Assembly: GCF_009914755.1 (NCBI RefSeq)
Contig: NC_060928.1
Length of the DNA: 64,000 nucleotides
DNA from: the human T2T-CHM13v2.0 reference genome, Homo sapiens
Strand: one strand, 5' to 3'
The notes under the pieces are model-generated. The model saw only the letters and a list, made by a program, of their open reading frames with translations, was not told where the DNA came from and ran no database searches. The translations under genes were made by a program, and so were the position numbers. Below, piece after piece: positions 1 to 40,251 of this stretch (the first letter of the stretch is position 1; every line of letters starts with the position of its first letter).

Positions 1-225
1 GACCAGCCTGGGTAACATGGTGAAACCCTGTCTCTACCAAAAAAAAAAAAATTGTTTTTAATTAGCTGGGCGTGGTGGCGTGCACCTGTAGTCCCAGCTA
101 CTCAGGAGGCTGAGGTATGAGAATCACCTGAGCCAAAGAGGTCAAGGCTACAGTGAGCCTTGATTGTACCACTGCACTTTAGCCTAGGCAGCGTGAGACC
201 CTATCTCAAAAAAAGAAAAAAAGAA
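1..225 (+). mobile_element. Alu (AluJ-like), partial at window edge
   Basis: Alu left-arm end, A-rich linker, right arm and A tail. Confidence 0.9.
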
Positions 226-321
226 GAATGATCTAATTTACATGGTAAAAATGGGCATTCTCTTTACATGTAACATTTTTAATATGTCCACATATTTATA
301 CATACCTCTATTAATTGATAA

Positions 322-623
<302 letters not shown>

Positions 624-823
624 AGTGAGACAACTTTTTTAACAGAAATGCCAAGAATTATTGCTAGACAGGTAGATACTATTTTTTAGACAAATATTAG
701 CTTTATAAAGATATTTTCCTTATAAATACATTTAGAATCATAAATTAAGTGATGTAGTTTAATCCAAAAAACTTGTCCTGTTTCAGAATGTTATGGAATG
801 ATTTCATATTTTCTTGAAAATAT

Positions 824-1189
<366 letters not shown>

Positions 1190-1275
1190 CTATTAGTACT
1201 AATGATTTATCACTTTAACTTTGTTTAGAGAAATGGATAGAAAAATAAGTGAGTGGATAAAACTAACAAGAAGGT

Positions 1276-1580
<305 letters not shown>

Positions 1581-1651
1581 AAGAAGGATCTTGGCAACAA
1601 GAAAAACAAGGATAGTTCAGAATTCGAGTTGTCTTAAGAAATAGAAAAGCT

Positions 1652-2331
<680 letters not shown>

Positions 2332-2469
2332 CTATGACTTAACTATATAATTAAGATAAAGATCTAAGTAACTTTTAGCTCTACAATTTTTTAATTTTTA
2401 TTAAGAAAATACTTTGCTTTTGCCTGCAGAGCCCTCTTAATTGGGATATTTTCATGTTTTGCATTTTAG

Positions 2470-2569
2470 GGCAGCTGCAATGACTCTCCGCACGGTATTA
2501 TTGTCATTGCAAGCACTATTGGCAGCTGCAGAGCCAGATGATCCACAGGATGCTGTAGTAGCAAATCAG
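2470..2569 (+). CDS. UBE2K: UBE2K internal coding exon (third-to-last), C-terminal part of the UBC domain
   Basis: Acceptor ttttag| at 2469 and donor cag|gtaaga at 2569/2570. 100 nt translating as (W)AAAMTLRTVLLSLQALLAAAEPDDPQDAVVANQ, which matches UBE2K/E2-25K/HIP2. Confidence 0.98.
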
Positions 2570-3019
2570 GTAAGATGGCCGCTTTTGAAAGACTTTCTTA
2601 TATTATGTATGAGTCTCTAGCCACTTCAGTGGTTTGCACATTAACACATGAGCATACTCTATTGAAACTAAATTTTGAAATGGTTTTCTTTCTTGTGGTA
2701 GGATTATTTTGTCAGGTGTAATAGTGAAAATAGACTTTTAACATCCTAGTTTAATTGGATATAGATGCTGTTTTCCTAACATGAGTATTTTCAAACACAT
2801 AAAGTCAAAAGAATTACATAGTGAACACCCATATTCCTACCATCTAGATTCTATGATTAATGCTCGTGTATGTGTCCATCTTTTTATCCTTCCTTTCAGT
2901 GATGATCCCTCCCTGCTAATAATTTTAATCACCTCCTATCATGGGACTTATGTGACATGGCACAGTTTCCGATGACCTTGTAATTTGTTGAACAGAATAA
3001 ATATTTTTCATTTCGCTTT

Positions 3020-3413
<394 letters not shown>

Positions 3414-5295
3414 CTAAGCCATTGGAATATAATGGACATTTTTTTTTTTAAACTTAGAAAGTTTTTCTTCTCTTGACTTCTAAGATATTACCCTCTTTTC
3501 TTCCTCACTTCATAGCTGTTCTTTGTTAGTTCCCACAATTTTTTCCCTTCTTACTCGTCTTTCTTAAATGTAGTTCCTCAGTTCTGACCTTGTTACCTTT
3601 ACTTTCTGTACACACTCACACTTGGATGATCATATCTGTACTGATGTTAGTACCTGTACATTGATAAAATGTTTAGGCTTGCCCTCTCTCCTAAGCACGA
3701 GAGCCTGGTGTTTAACTAAATTGGTAGGTGATGGTATCATAGAATGATAGGTTTGTAGGATTTATGATACTGCATTCAGTTTTGGCAGTGTTACATTCAG
3801 GTATCCAAGGAACATTCATATGGTTAACCACCCAAGTCACAGCCTTTGGAGTTTTTCTCTGTGTCTCCTTTGCTCCTGTTGATAACCATTCCCTGTATCA
3901 TTCTGTCACTATATTTACATAATTACTCTGATTGCCATAGGTCACTTTTAAAAAATTGTTTCTTTTCAACTGCTCTGATAGATCTCCTTTTCTCAACCTC
4001 TTTCTTCCTTTCTCCATCTTCTACATTGCTATCAGGTAGCTTTATAAAGTGCAAATCTTACTTCACTAACAAAAACTTGTTCGTAGCTCTACTGTCATCT
4101 ACTTGAGTCCAGATTCTTTAGTTTGCAGAGTTTTTCCATGATCTGAACTCTGCTTTATTTCCTAAATTCTTGTTTTCTTCAAACTCATGCTTTTTCAAGC
4201 ATTGCATTCATTTTTACATATTGTATCCAATCTACCATATTTCCTCTGCCTGAGGAAACTTCCTCTTGGCAAACTTCTTTAACCTATAAGATTTTAATTT
4301 ATATATTATCTTTCTTCTTTTCCCTTGAAGATCTGTTTATGTATATATGTATATATCCTTGTCAATATATTCTGTTATTTGTCTCAGAGTACTTCCAATT
4401 AGGGTTTTCCATGTTTTATATATGTGCTATTTGTTCATATTTGTTGTTATAAGCATGGCTTGTGTTCCAGCTTTGCTTTCCTATTGAGCTCTAAGCCTTA
4501 CACGTTGAGGTTGGACTCAAGGGTTTCTTTTAGCTCCTAAAATAGTTCAATAATTTGACTTATTTCCTTGTGATGAATAAGTGGTAGAAACTAGATTTAT
4601 CGTTTTAATATGTAATAGATTTAAATATATAAATTACTTTTAAAAGAAATATTAAAGTGAATTGAATAGTTAGTAATTTATACTTTGCTTTACTAAGTAA
4701 TGGTGGTTCCAAAGTATTTGATAAATTTACCTCTTTCCAATGCATATGGGAAGTCTTTTAATAAAATTACTCTATTGTGAGTTTATAATCATCTCAAGTT
4801 ATGTAATAAGTTAGGACTTTGCATGTGGGGTTTCCATAAATCACTGTACACTAATGCAGCTGTAAGAAAACAGAAGAATCTAGTTGTATTCTAGCCTGGG
4901 CTGTGGGTAATACAAAAGCTGGTTACATCGTAAAAAATTATTCTAATGTCCACATATTTTTATAAGCTAGTAATCTGTGTTCAGTTGTATAATGTTTGCT
5001 GCTTTCCAGTGTTTGGAACATCTCTTAATACCTCACTTAACCTAATTTTAGTCTTGCTAGTTATATTTGTTGAATTTGGAGATTAAAGTAGATTAATGTT
5101 ACTTGTCTTTATTATTGTCAACACAAATTGTGAGTCGAAGCTTCAGGTTAAGTGGTCTTTTCTCGAGTGACATAGGTTGTCTATAATGCAAAGTGAATCA
5201 CATTTTAAATGTAGATTTGTTTTATTTGGAAAAGTAGGATTGTAGGCGATTAAGAGCTGAAATATATCAAATATTATAACTGTAATGTCATGTCA

Positions 5296-5805
<510 letters not shown>

Positions 5806-5996
5806 TCAAAGTCAGTGATTTTTTTATTTTTACTAATTACTGTCATTGATTTTAGAAGCTTTCCATGCACTGCAAATGTAAATCAACTTACAGAAAAGAA
5901 ACAAGGTGTTAATTCCCAGTATAAAGAGTGAATGATTCAGTATTGTTTAAATGTTTCCTTGAGATTTAATTTCCTGTCCCCTTTTCTTCTCTACAG

Positions 5997-6071
5997 AATG
6001 CAGTAATAGTGGCCTTGTCTTCAAAATCATGGGATGTAGAGACTGCAACAGAATTGCTTCTGAGTAACTGA
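5997..6071 (+). CDS. UBE2K: UBE2K last exon, coding part (UBA C-terminus and stop)
   Basis: Strong polypyrimidine tract ending ctacag| at 5996. Translates as NAVIVALSSKSWDVETATELLLSN, with TGA at 6069-6071. Confidence 0.98.
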   Translation, partial: NAVIVALSSKSWDVETATELLLSN

Positions 6072-9000
6072 GGCATAGAGAGCTGCTGATATAGTCAAGC
6101 TTGCCTCTTCTTGAGGAGCACCAACATCTGTTATTTTTAGGATTCTGCATAGATTTCTTTTAAACTGGCATTCTTGCCTAATGATGTTATCTAGGCACCA
6201 TTGGAGACTGAAAAAAAAAAATCCCTGCTCTGTAAATAAAGCTAATTAAACGTCTGTGTAAATTTAAAAAGGGGAAATACTTTAATTTTTTTTCTTAATA
6301 GTGTAAAAATTCCCTGAGCTAAGCTAAAACCATGGAAGAAACATGCTACTTTAGTGTTTAGCAGTGTACCAAGACTAGCAAGAGTTTGCTTCAGGATTTT
6401 GTTGAATAATTAAGATAATATTTTGAGTGTGTCAGGGCCATTCAAATTGTTGGTGTTGCATCACAGCTACCTTAACTGTTTTTAACATGGATCCTCTGTG
6501 CCTGTGAATTTACTTGCATGCTTGTACTTGACTTCTTAGGATGGGTAGCTGAAAAGACCACCATTTTAAGCATTTGAGAATTCTTAAATATGAAATTTAT
6601 TCAGAATTGAAGATGGTGACCTATTCAGAGCCTTTTTGTCCTTGTCAACAGACTGGGACAGTGTCTGATTCCCCCTTCACCCCCCCCCACCCCCGCCTTG
6701 CCACACACAGCTAATATTCTAATGGTAAATTTCTCTGTATCAGGTGGGGAAATGTGCTGAAGGACAGTATGTATCCCTTGCTTCATTTTTAGGTCGTAGG
6801 TTTGGAATGTCTTGTCCCAGTTCTTCAAACACTCTTAAATTTTTCTTAAGTAATGTAAAAATGGAACTGCCAATTTTATTTCTCTTGCAAAAATAGTAAA
6901 TACTTGATGTTACATTATTCCCAGGTTTAATGAAAGAACCCAACTTAGTTTTTCAGTGAATTTGACACCTATTTTTTAGTGATGAAATTTTTCTTTGAGA
7001 ACTGGCAAGGATGCAGTCAGCTGTTTGCAGTTTTTAGCCTGATTTTGGGGTCTATAGAGATTGCTTTATTGGATACTTCAAGTCATTCTTGCTTGCACTT
7101 CCCCTATTGACACATGAAAGCTGTGTTGGTGTTTTATTGTACATACTTCAGATGCACATAGGAATAGAAGTGTGTTATAAATCTAGCTTTCTTTATGATG
7201 TTTCTGATAATACGAGAATTGAAAACTTTACCTTCTCTTGTACATAGTCAGACTATTTGTATTAAATTTACATTTCATTCTAAGTTCAAAAGTTTGAAAA
7301 TTATTAGTTTTGCAAGATCACACACTAATGTAACCATTTTATGAAGGTTGAAGTGGATTTATGCAGGCAGTTCTATATATAGAAATACAATTCTTTTTAA
7401 ATTTTTAGGACCAATACAAAATAACAAAAATGTAATGGAATCAGACTGAATTAAAGTAAGGCTGTATATTGAAAGTCATATTATAAAAGGTTTGCTTTCT
7501 TTAAGTGTTATTTATCTTAAATTATAATCGTTAAATGTTTGGAAGATAATTTTTGAATCATAACGTCAGCATAACTTCATTTGACTTCTCAATAATCTTG
7601 ATACTAGAAGCAATAAAAGAACCATTATTAAATATATTGTAATGTTAAAGATGTGAAGGTTCTTCCAAAAATTTGTAAGGCTTTCCTAATTAACAGTAAA
7701 CTCTTATAGCTGATATTATTACATACTAAACACAAGTTGCTGTTTTTTCCCCATATGTTTGCTTACGCATGTCTTTATACAATCACCTCTTTTTATTGCT
7801 GTAGTTTATTTTCTAAAGATGCCAAAGGAAACAAGATTTTTCTTTATTTATTTTAAATACCTGAAACCTCGTACTTTATATTTTGAAGTAAGGTGGGATT
7901 GTGTGAAAATGTGGATGGTTTTTCTCCAGTGTTGGTTAGAACTACTTTTTTTAAGTGGAGGGCAACTTGGTAGTATTAGTAGAATTTGGGTTTAAAAATA
8001 TCAGACACATCTACCCAGTTTATTTTTTGCCTGTATTATCAGGGTATATTTAATTGTCCTGTGGTTAAACAAAGGTGAGAGAGCTCAGAGGTTTCTAAAG
8101 GTCAAGCATTTTACATATATACATACATACATGCTCTTGGAGGCAGCTATATCCTGCTTTGATTTTTATGCACATGAGCCCTATAGGGTTATATACTCAT
8201 CTAACTACACTTCAGCATCCCCAGTGCCCAAGAAATTGGAAAGTACAATATTTGGTTTGAGACATTCTTCATAAAAGATTCTTTATTATAAAAATTTACC
8301 TCATTTACATTTAATGTGATGATCTTTTTTTTCCTTTCTGGTATATTTCCCACTGTACTGTTTGGTTTTTGTTATTCTCTTGTCTGTGGGTAGATTTAGT
8401 TACCCAAACATAGAAACTAAAGCAATTGCTTTTTTCCTCTGGTCTTAAATATGTTTGGACAAAAAGACACTAAAAGGTCAGGCCTAGGGGAAAAGTACCC
8501 TGGTGGAAATTATTTTTGTAATTCTTAATATTTTTGAGTTGGCTCCGTTTGTCAGTTTTAAAAGCCTCAAAAATTATGTTAAAAAAAAAATCCAGTGAAA
8601 TCCCATTTAGGGCAGGCCGATTTGTTAGAAGTCACTGATGCTCCAGTAGGCTTTTGTTATAATCAGGCCTGTTTCCTGAGTATGTGCCTCTTTTAAAAGA
8701 AGAAATAATTAGCTGTATAGTATTTCAGTACTGATGAATGAATGAATGAATGAATGGCAGTTAGTGGACCCAAATAAGTATTCAGTGGTATATAAATATT
8801 TGAGGAACTAGGTACTGAATTAGGTGCTCTGAGTTGGCACCCCGAAATGTTTGGAATCACGACTATGATTTACTTAAACACGTAACACATTCAAGGATAT
8901 ATAAATGGAGTCTAAGTATTTTGCTTTTGAAGAGAATAATCTATGAAATGGAAGACTTGATTTTTTTTTTCATTTTTTAGAAGTAATACACATTTATGAT

Positions 9001-10430
9001 TGTTGGCACATAAAACTATGCAAAATAATTCTTTTTAAGTATCTGTAAGAAAGAATTGGCAGTTTAAACGGATTTTGCTTATTTATGCACTACCGAATGC
9101 AGCATACTGTATTACTGTTGAGGCTGCTTAATAAGTTTACCAATGTGAAAAGCAGATCTTGGGTATAAGTGTATGCCTGATTTGAGCTTTTAAAACTGTG
9201 CAGTAGGTGTATGGTAATGTTTTACAATCCTATGTAGCAAAATAGGAAATTATGAATTTTTGTTGTTATTGTTTTAAAGATTTAAGATGGATTGGGGTAG
9301 GGAACAGCTGGAGCCAGGTATACCTTCTAGTATGTAGAGGGAAACAATGTTTAGATAGGAAAAAGGAAGCCGTCTGTTTACAGTTAACTTTATTTCATGG
9401 ACTTCTACAAAATGTTGTATTAATCACTTTTTCTAGTTCAAGGAATTTCAATTCCAGGGTACAAACCATTGATTTAAAAATTACGTTTCCATTCTTTTTA
9501 GTATCAGTTTAAAGTAAATGCTTACCATCAGCCAGTTGCTGTCACTGGGAAGAAGGCAACTTGAAGTATTTACTGATAAAATAGCCTTTATTCCCAAGTG
9601 TGACTTTTCTTCAGTGTCTACATATTATGTCACACGTTCTATTTGCACTGCTGCAATATAGATCAAAGATCTTGTGGCATAGGGGTAGGGGAGTGTTAGT
9701 ATCTCCCTTGTCCCATTTGTTCTGTTACTGCTTCATTGGACTGATATACCCTCATGAACTTGCAATCACCTAAATGGAAGTCTTGAATGTGTCACCTTTT
9801 GCTTGGTTATTTCAACCATGCTGCTATATATAATCAGGTGTGGCACAGTTTGTCAGTTTGATTATAGGTGTGAGTGGATAGAAATCATTACACTGTGCTG
9901 TTAACGATCCTTGTCTGCTTGCTGTTACCTACTTTTTACAGGCATCATAATAAAAGCTAGACTATTTCTTTGGGGGGAAAGAGACTTATTTAATGTAATT
10001 TAAAAAACTTTTCCAATAGAAAATGAAATATTATTGAAAATAATATCTATTTTTTAGCTTTCAGCAATTGATGGTGCTTTGTTGTGGTGTCTGCTGGAAG
10101 TCTACTGCCATTATAGGGAACCTTGCTTGTTAGCTTCTCTAGATCTCTATTCTAAACAATCTGTTAGTGATGATAAATTCTGTAGGAGGGTCTATTCTGA
10201 GCCGTTAACTTCCTGTAAGGGGAAAATGGGTGGGTTACCAGAAATACCATTGAAGCAGGGTGGGCTGTGGGGTGGAAGGTTGGGGTATTTGTCTTGAGAA
10301 TTAAAAACTACGAAACACTTTTGTACACAACTGATTTTTTAAAAAATAAACACATTTTTAAAGATGTTGAATTTTTCCCCCCTTATTGGGAATTCTTAAA
10401 AATAAATGCATGCATGTTTTCCCCTGAAAA
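6072..10430 (+). other. UBE2K: UBE2K long 3'UTR (end approximate)
   Basis: AT-rich, Alu-free sequence after the stop. AATAAA at 6235, 7612, 9949, 10345 and 10401; the distal pair is followed by GT/T-rich sequence. Confidence 0.8.
10345..10406 (+). terminator. UBE2K distal polyadenylation signals
   Basis: AATAAA at 10345-10350 and 10401-10406, an upstream TGTA (CFIm) motif at 10322, and a T-rich downstream element. Confidence 0.7.
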
Positions 10431-10729
10431 TGGTTTATATCTTATTTCTGGGTGCTCATCTGTGGACAAGCAATTAAGTCTTACTCTAAATAAGAACCAG
10501 GCAGATATTTCTCCTTCACAAATTTCATAGTGATTGACATATAAATGCAGTAAGTTGTATCAGATCTTTGAATTTAAAAACATTGAAATTTAGTTCTAAT
10601 TAAATTTACTAAAAGAACATATTTGCTTAGGTTCTAATCCAAAATTTAGAGTAATTAAGAGTTAGTTAAGTAATACTTTGTATTCTGTTTCCATATATGC
10701 TTTCTGGAAAGTTGCTCGGTACTGTCAAA

Positions 10730-10910
10730 AAGACTGAATTGTTTCAGAAAGTCCAGGGTTTAATCCCAGCTTTTACTCAAGAGCAGAGAGCCTGGACTTT
10801 TCTGAGCCTCAGTTTCCTCATCTAGGTAAGATATTTGCCCAGTACTTCGTAGCGTGTTGGTGAAGATCAAATTAAATGATTGATGTAGCTATAAAACTAC
10901 TTAATTGTAT
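10730..10910 (+). mobile_element. MIR
   Basis: MIR core tctgagcctcagtttcctcatct. Confidence 0.75.
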
Positions 10911-11330
10911 AGACGTTAATATAATTCTAACACTAAATTTTGGCTAAACTATGAAAGTATTACTCTGTTCCTAATCTGAAACCACCAAGAGGATACCTTG
11001 TTTGAAAATTGTGGTTTGGCAAAGTAGCTATTTTTTGTTATGTCTGACTATTTCAAAGGTCCATTGATTGGTTATTATCTGTAGATTGACCCTTCCTCCA
11101 TAAATGCTGATAATTAGAAGACACTTTGTCAGGGTTTGTACAAATTATTTTACATGGCAAAACTGATTGTGTCTTTATGGTATTTGTAACCAACTCACAG
11201 CAGGCCTATAGGTTTCTTTGCCAAGAAATGGAATTCCTCCTGACCTGGAATATCAATATAAAGTGTTCTTTTTGTGGAGTAAGACTGGGTCTTTAGGTAC
11301 TAAAAATCCAGGATAACAAATAGAATTCAA

Positions 11331-15274
<3,944 letters not shown>

Positions 15275-15749
15275 CCCTTTTCTTGTTCTTTGTCTCTTAC
15301 AGTTTGGGCCTGGCCTGCATCATGATACTAAAATTGGTCTGAAAATTCTGCTGCCCTTCCAGATTATGATGACTGGCATTGTCAAACTAAGAACTCAGGT
15401 TTTCTCTCTTAAACTGCTTGCTTTGCTTTTATTTTCCTAAGCAATTTTAGTAATAAAAATGTGCTCATTTCAGAAATCATAAGCTGTATGAATTCACTTA
15501 GTATTCTGAAGTATTCTTTCAGTGTACTATTTTTAGCTCAGTAAAAGTGAGCTAATACTCCAGCTGGGCATATAATTGTTAATATTCATCTTTTAAAAAC
15601 ATGGAAATTATAGTTCTTTAAAGTTTCTTTACATAAACATTTGAATGACTATAAGGAGACCATTGAGTAGGGCTGCCATATTTTATGGCAGTTAACCTAT
15701 TAGGTATCTAGATTGTTTCTGATTTTTCTCTATTACAATATTGGTCCAT

Positions 15750-17560
<1,811 letters not shown>

Positions 17561-17666
17561 TGTAATTACATTGCGATGAAGTGCAAAGAAGGAATTAGCA
17601 AAACTAGGAAGAACTAGTAGAAAAAGAAAACTAATCAAATAGCAAAAGATGTAAAGAAGCATTTTT

Positions 17667-17764
17667 ACACCAACATGGCACATGTATACGTATGTAACAA
17701 ACCTGCACGTTGTGCACATGTACCCTAAAACTTAAAGTATAATAATAATAAAATTAAAAAAAAA
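17667..17764 (+). mobile_element. Severely 5'-truncated L1PA (PA3/PA4-like) 3' end
   Basis: acaccaacatggcacatgtata...aacctgcacgttgtgcacatgtaccctaaaacttaaagtataataa plus A tail; flanked by aagcattttta / aaacattttta. Confidence 0.9.
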
Positions 17765-18025
17765 ACATTTTTAGTAAGCTCATTAAGCAACCAATAATTA
17801 GTCATAATGTAAGAAGAATGGAAGTTGGGGTGGACCATGTAAAAGAACCAAGTAAGTACTCAACTACCTTCAAAAAGTATGTTTTAAATGCAGTGAATAA
17901 AAGTAGGGCAGGGCGCGGTGGCTTACGCCTGTAATCCCAGCACTTTGGGAGGCTGAGGCAGGCGGATCACGAGGTCAGGAGATCGAGACCATCCTGGCTA
18001 ACATAGTGAAACACCATCTCTACTA

Positions 18026-18270
<245 letters not shown>

Positions 18271-18888
18271 CAAAAATTAGCTGGGTGTGGTGGTGTGCAC
18301 CTGTAATCCCTGCTACTCAGGAGGCTGCTGTGAAAGGATCACCTGAGCCCAGGAGGTCCAGGCTGCAGTAAGCTGCGATCGCACCACTGCACTTCAGCCT
18401 GGGAGAGCCTGTCTCAAAAAATAAAGTACAATACAGGCCAGGCACAGTGGCTTATTCCTGTAATCTCAGCACTTTGGGAGGCCGAGGTGTAAGGATACGT
18501 TGAGGCCAGGAGTCCAAGACCAGACTGGGCAACAAAGCGAGACTCTACAAAATTAAAATTTTTTAAATACAGTATACAGTACATTGGGACATATTGTACA
18601 CAGTATACATAATTTTTGCCAATTATATACCTCAATAAAGCTGGAGAAAAAAGTGTCTAATTCAATGACTTTTAGTATATTCATGAAGTTGTGTATCTAT
18701 CACCACTATCAACTTTAGAAATTTTCATTACTTGAAAAAGAAACCCAACATCCCTTAGCAGTCATGCTTTTGTTTTTTAAAATAATATTTTTAGCAATAT
18801 TTGACTTTTAAAATGTATATATTCCTTTGATAAAACAAAAAATAATGCCGTCTTAAACCACTGTATGCATTTCAGATTATTTCCTTAA

Positions 18889-19244
<356 letters not shown>

Positions 19245-19257
19245 TCAAAAAAAAAAA

Positions 19258-19357
19258 GTATATATATACATATATATATATACACACACATATATATATA
19301 CACACATATATACACATATATATACATATATATGCATATATATGTATATATATATAA
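19258..19357. repeat. (TA)/(CA) compound microsatellite after an Alu tail
   Basis: tatatatacatatatatatatacacacacatatata... Confidence 0.9.
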
Positions 19358-20817
19358 CCATTCATGTATATAAAAGGTTCACACTACTCATGGCAAATAT
19401 AAGTATTCTCTTCAAAAATACTCATATGGCTGGACGTGGTGGGTTTATACCTATAATCCCAGCACTTTGGGAGACTGAGGTGGGAGGATTGCTTGAGCCC
19501 AAGAATTTGAGACCAGCCTGGACAACATAATGAGACCTCATCTCTAAAAATATTTTAGAAATTAGCTGAGGATGGTGGACCACGCCTGTAGTCCAGCTAC
19601 TATGGAGACTGAGGTGTGAGGATTGCTTGAGCCTGGGAGGTCAAAGCTACAGTGAGCTGTGAGGGCGCCACTGCACTCCTGCCTGGGTGACAGAGCAAGA
19701 CCCTGTCTTTAAAAAAAAAAAAAGTTCATATGAAGGTGAAAGTAATGGGGATTTGTGTTTAAGTGAAGATTTGGTGTGGTTGAATGTATCAGATGGCATT
19801 TTCAGTATGGCATATTATTTCATTGAATCCTTCAAACAAATTGAGTACTTTTTTTATTGCAGTCTTTTTACAATTGAAGAAATAGTAATATACAACTCAC
19901 CAGAACTCAACAAAGCATAACCTGACCAAACCAGGTTTCAAACTTCCTGAAACCAAAACTCTTGCTACCCGGCCGGGCACAGTGGTTCACGCTTGTAATC
20001 CCAACACTTTGGGAGGCCGAGGGGGCAGATCACTTGAGCTGAGGAGTTCAAGACCAGCCTGGGCAAAATAGTGAGACCTTTTCTCAAGAAAAAAATTTTT
20101 AAAAGAGCCAGGTGTGATGGCGTGCACCTGTAGTCCCAACTACTTGGAAGGCTGAGGTGGTGGGACTGCTTGGGCACGGGACATCAAGGCAGCACTCCAT
20201 GTGTGCAGAGGATTGTGGCCTCTGCACTCCAGCCTGGATGACATAATGAGAGCCTGTCTCCCTCCCCCCCAAAAAAAAAGAAAAAAAAGAATTAACTGAA
20301 AATTGGAATTATTCCCACCCTGCATGATTATCTTACAGTCACACTGCTCTTAATCAGCCTTTTAGTGCCTCACTCTTAACCATAAGGGGAACTAAGATTA
20401 AAACTTTGAGAAGACCAGCCTGGGGAACATGGCAAAAACCCATCTCTACAAAAAATACAGGAAATTATCCAGGTGTGGTGGTGGTGTGCGCCTGTGGTCC
20501 CAGCTACTAGGGAGGCTGAGATTGGAGGATCACTTGAGCCTGGGAAGTCGAGGCTGTGGTGAGGTGAGATGTTGCCACATCACTTCAGCCTGGGTGACAG
20601 AGCAAGACTCTATCTCATAAAAAAAAAATTAAAAAAAAAATTTTTTTTAGAAGAGCCTTCAACACAAAAGAAACCAAGACGAAAAATAACCTGGATGAAA
20701 CTTAATCTAGGGATCAGAATTATTAAAACAAAAATCTAGGCTGGGCGCCGTGGCTCACGCCTGTAATCCCAGCACTTCGGGAGGCCGAGATGGGCGGATC
20801 ACGAGGTCAAGAGTTCA

Positions 20818-26677
<5,860 letters not shown>

Positions 26678-26859
26678 CCTATTAGCTATTTTGGATCGCA
26701 TGCCCCACATTAATGAAGATGGGACAGATACAGTCCTTGCTATTCATCTTTATGCAGCTTAGATTTCATAGGCCGTTACTGTAATAAGTTTCTTTTCCCT
26801 TGCTTCCTGACTGACCTTGCAAAATCTCAGTTCTCTGCCCAGTCAACTCCTATGCCTAA

Positions 26860-30350
<3,491 letters not shown>

Positions 30351-30414
30351 AATAGAGGAAGTCTCAATGGAAAAAATTTAAAAAAGGAGGCTAATTTAAA
30401 AAATAGGACCAAGA

Positions 30415-35690
<5,276 letters not shown>

Positions 35691-35854
35691 ACAGACTGCC
35701 TTATTGCAGAACCCTGTTTATTCTTTCCATTTGAATGAGACCCCTGGAAGTGTGCAGTTCATGACCTACATGAATGGAACTATTGGAAATGCCTAAGAGA
35801 AAGACAATTATAAACTGTAGGACAAAACTCCACAGTAAGAGTAAAAGGTGACAC

Positions 35855-39688
<3,834 letters not shown>

Positions 39689-40044
39689 AGCATTTTGTTA
39701 GTTGTTCTCTTCCAATCCCTGAGGAGGTTTGATCGACTGATGGGATTAACAGCTAGTGTAGAAGTTAGAGGGTGATGAGCTAAAATTTTGGGGAACAATC
39801 TGACTGTTTAAAGGGAACTACAATAATTACAAAATAGAGTCAGGTGTGAGACACTTGTGCCAGGCACATTTTGTGACAGAAGGATACAAGTCTGTAGGGA
39901 GAGAGAAATGGAAGATGTTGGAGAGATGGAAAGTTCTGTCTTTTGGTGGGAAAGGTGGGATACAGAAAATGAATGAATTCTATAATCACGGGAATATATA
40001 AAGACAGTAATAAAATGCTGTCTAATGTATTGTGATTGCTTTGA

Positions 40045-40250
40045 GCTATTTGGGAGGCCGAAGTGGTAGGATGGCTTGCATCCAAGAGTTTGAGACAGGC
40101 CTGGGCAACATAGTGAGACTCTGGCTCTACAAAAAATAAAAAATTAACCAGACGTGGTGCTGCTCACCCTGTTGTCCCAGCTACTCGGAGGCTGCAGTGA
40201 GCCGTGATTGTGCCACTGCACTTAGCCTGAGCAACAGAGTGAGACCCCAT
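40045..40250 (+). mobile_element. Degenerate AluJ-like element lacking a poly(A) tail
   Basis: tttgggaggccga...gcctgggcaacatagtgagac...gcagtgagccgtgattgtgccactgcac...gagtgagaccccat runs straight into the GT array. Confidence 0.85.
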
Positions 40251-40251
40251 A

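Noticed and set aside
6671-6697. C-rich tract in the UBE2K 3'UTR
   Set aside because: A possible PCBP/hnRNP K site, but too short and generic to support a claim from sequence alone.
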